Source of the DNA: Dimorphilus gyrociliatus
Taxonomy: Eukaryota; Animalia; Annelida
Length of the DNA: 64,000 nt
Reading direction: 5' to 3'
NCBI GenBank assembly: GCA_904063045.1
Contig: CAJFCJ010000019.1
Span: 2,371,700 to 2,435,699 of the forward strand
The notes under the pieces are model-generated. The model was given only the letters and a program-made list of their open reading frames with translations, had not been told where the DNA came from and did not search any database. The position numbers and the translations under genes are program-made. Each line of letters starts with the position of its first letter. The first letter of the stretch is position 1. Positions 63,390 through 64,000 of this stretch are shown in pieces.

Positions 63390-64000
63390 ATGTCTGGCAA
63401 AGTCATAGTCGTTCCAACTGATGTCGAATTTGTGCAGCATCTTAAAAATGCTGGCAACAAGCTTGTTGTTGTTGATTTTTTTGCAGATTGGTACGTATTG
63501 GATAAAATTCATTTAATATCGCTCAGTATCTACATATTCCCTTTTAGGTCTGGCCCATGCCGACAAATCGCACCAAAGTTTGAAGAATTTGCTGCTAAAT
63601 ATACCAATGCTGTATTTTTGAAAGTTGATGTAGATCAATGCGAGGTCTGAATTCGTAAAAGCGCCAATATATTGTTTAAAGCATTCGGTTTTACAGGAGA
63701 CAGCTCAATCTCAAGGTGTTTCTGCAATGCCCACTTTTGTTTTATACAAAGTACAAAAAAAATTGGATAAAATGAGTGGTGCTAATGCTAATGGACTAGA
63801 AGAACTTATAAAGAAGCATTATCAAGCTGATGACGATGATGATGTACAAGTAAAAGGATATGTATGTTGCTATCATCCATTTTTCCAATAATTTATCAAA
63901 TGTTTCATTAGCAATTTATAAAATTAGCTTTGTTTTGTTATAGGTTGATTTGTCAACTTTCCTTGATAAATCTGGATGTGTTTGTTTAAATTCTGACGAT
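63390..64000 (+). CDS. TXNL1: Thioredoxin-like protein 1 (Trx + PITH), 3' end outside window
   Basis: [11 protein letters not shown]|[19 protein letters not shown]|[31 protein letters not shown]|[16 protein letters not shown] (start of PITH). Confidence 0.9.

Noticed and set aside
1-64000. tRNA, rRNA, CRISPR arrays, transposases or retroelements
   Set aside because: No cloverleaf with A/B boxes, repeat-spacer array, TIR/LTR pair or transposase/RT motif was seen by eye

Overview
AT-rich, very gene-dense eukaryotic (animal) DNA with short spliceosomal introns (often 50-200 nt) and mostly alternating head-to-head and tail-to-tail gene pairs. This is consistent with a miniaturised spiralian genome such as the annelid Dimorphilus gyrociliatus, but species identity is inference. 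About 26 protein-coding genes can be reconstructed: SLC26 transporter (5' truncated), MED15, MYO1E/F, calaxin-like EF-hand protein, SLBP, a Bcl-2 family gene, HAUS7, MBD2/3, SDCCAG8, SPEF1, ATP5PF, RSPH10B, a physin, PSMA5, VPS33B, a kinesin-motor/CCDC78 fusion, CCDC124, a foxQ2-like gene, GGCX, DHDH, TEX47, TMEM232, RPL17, IPMK, TBC1D16, a DUF218/YdcF-like gene and TXNL1 (3' truncated). No tRNA, rRNA, CRISPR array or transposase was found. Top observations: (1) a catalytically degenerate kinesin motor spliced in frame to a CCDC78 coiled-coil; (2) tandem duplicated, probably mutually exclusive 111-nt exons in SLC26; (3) a CED-9-like Bcl-2 protein with Glu at the BH1 glycine; (4) a U12-type AT-AC intron in TEX47; (5) TXNL1 with WSGPC instead of WCGPC; (6) a bacterial-type YdcF domain with introns and an RVxF-like leader; (7) a U27/snR74-like C/D snoRNA in an RPL17 intron. 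Gene names come from recalled family motifs, not database searches.
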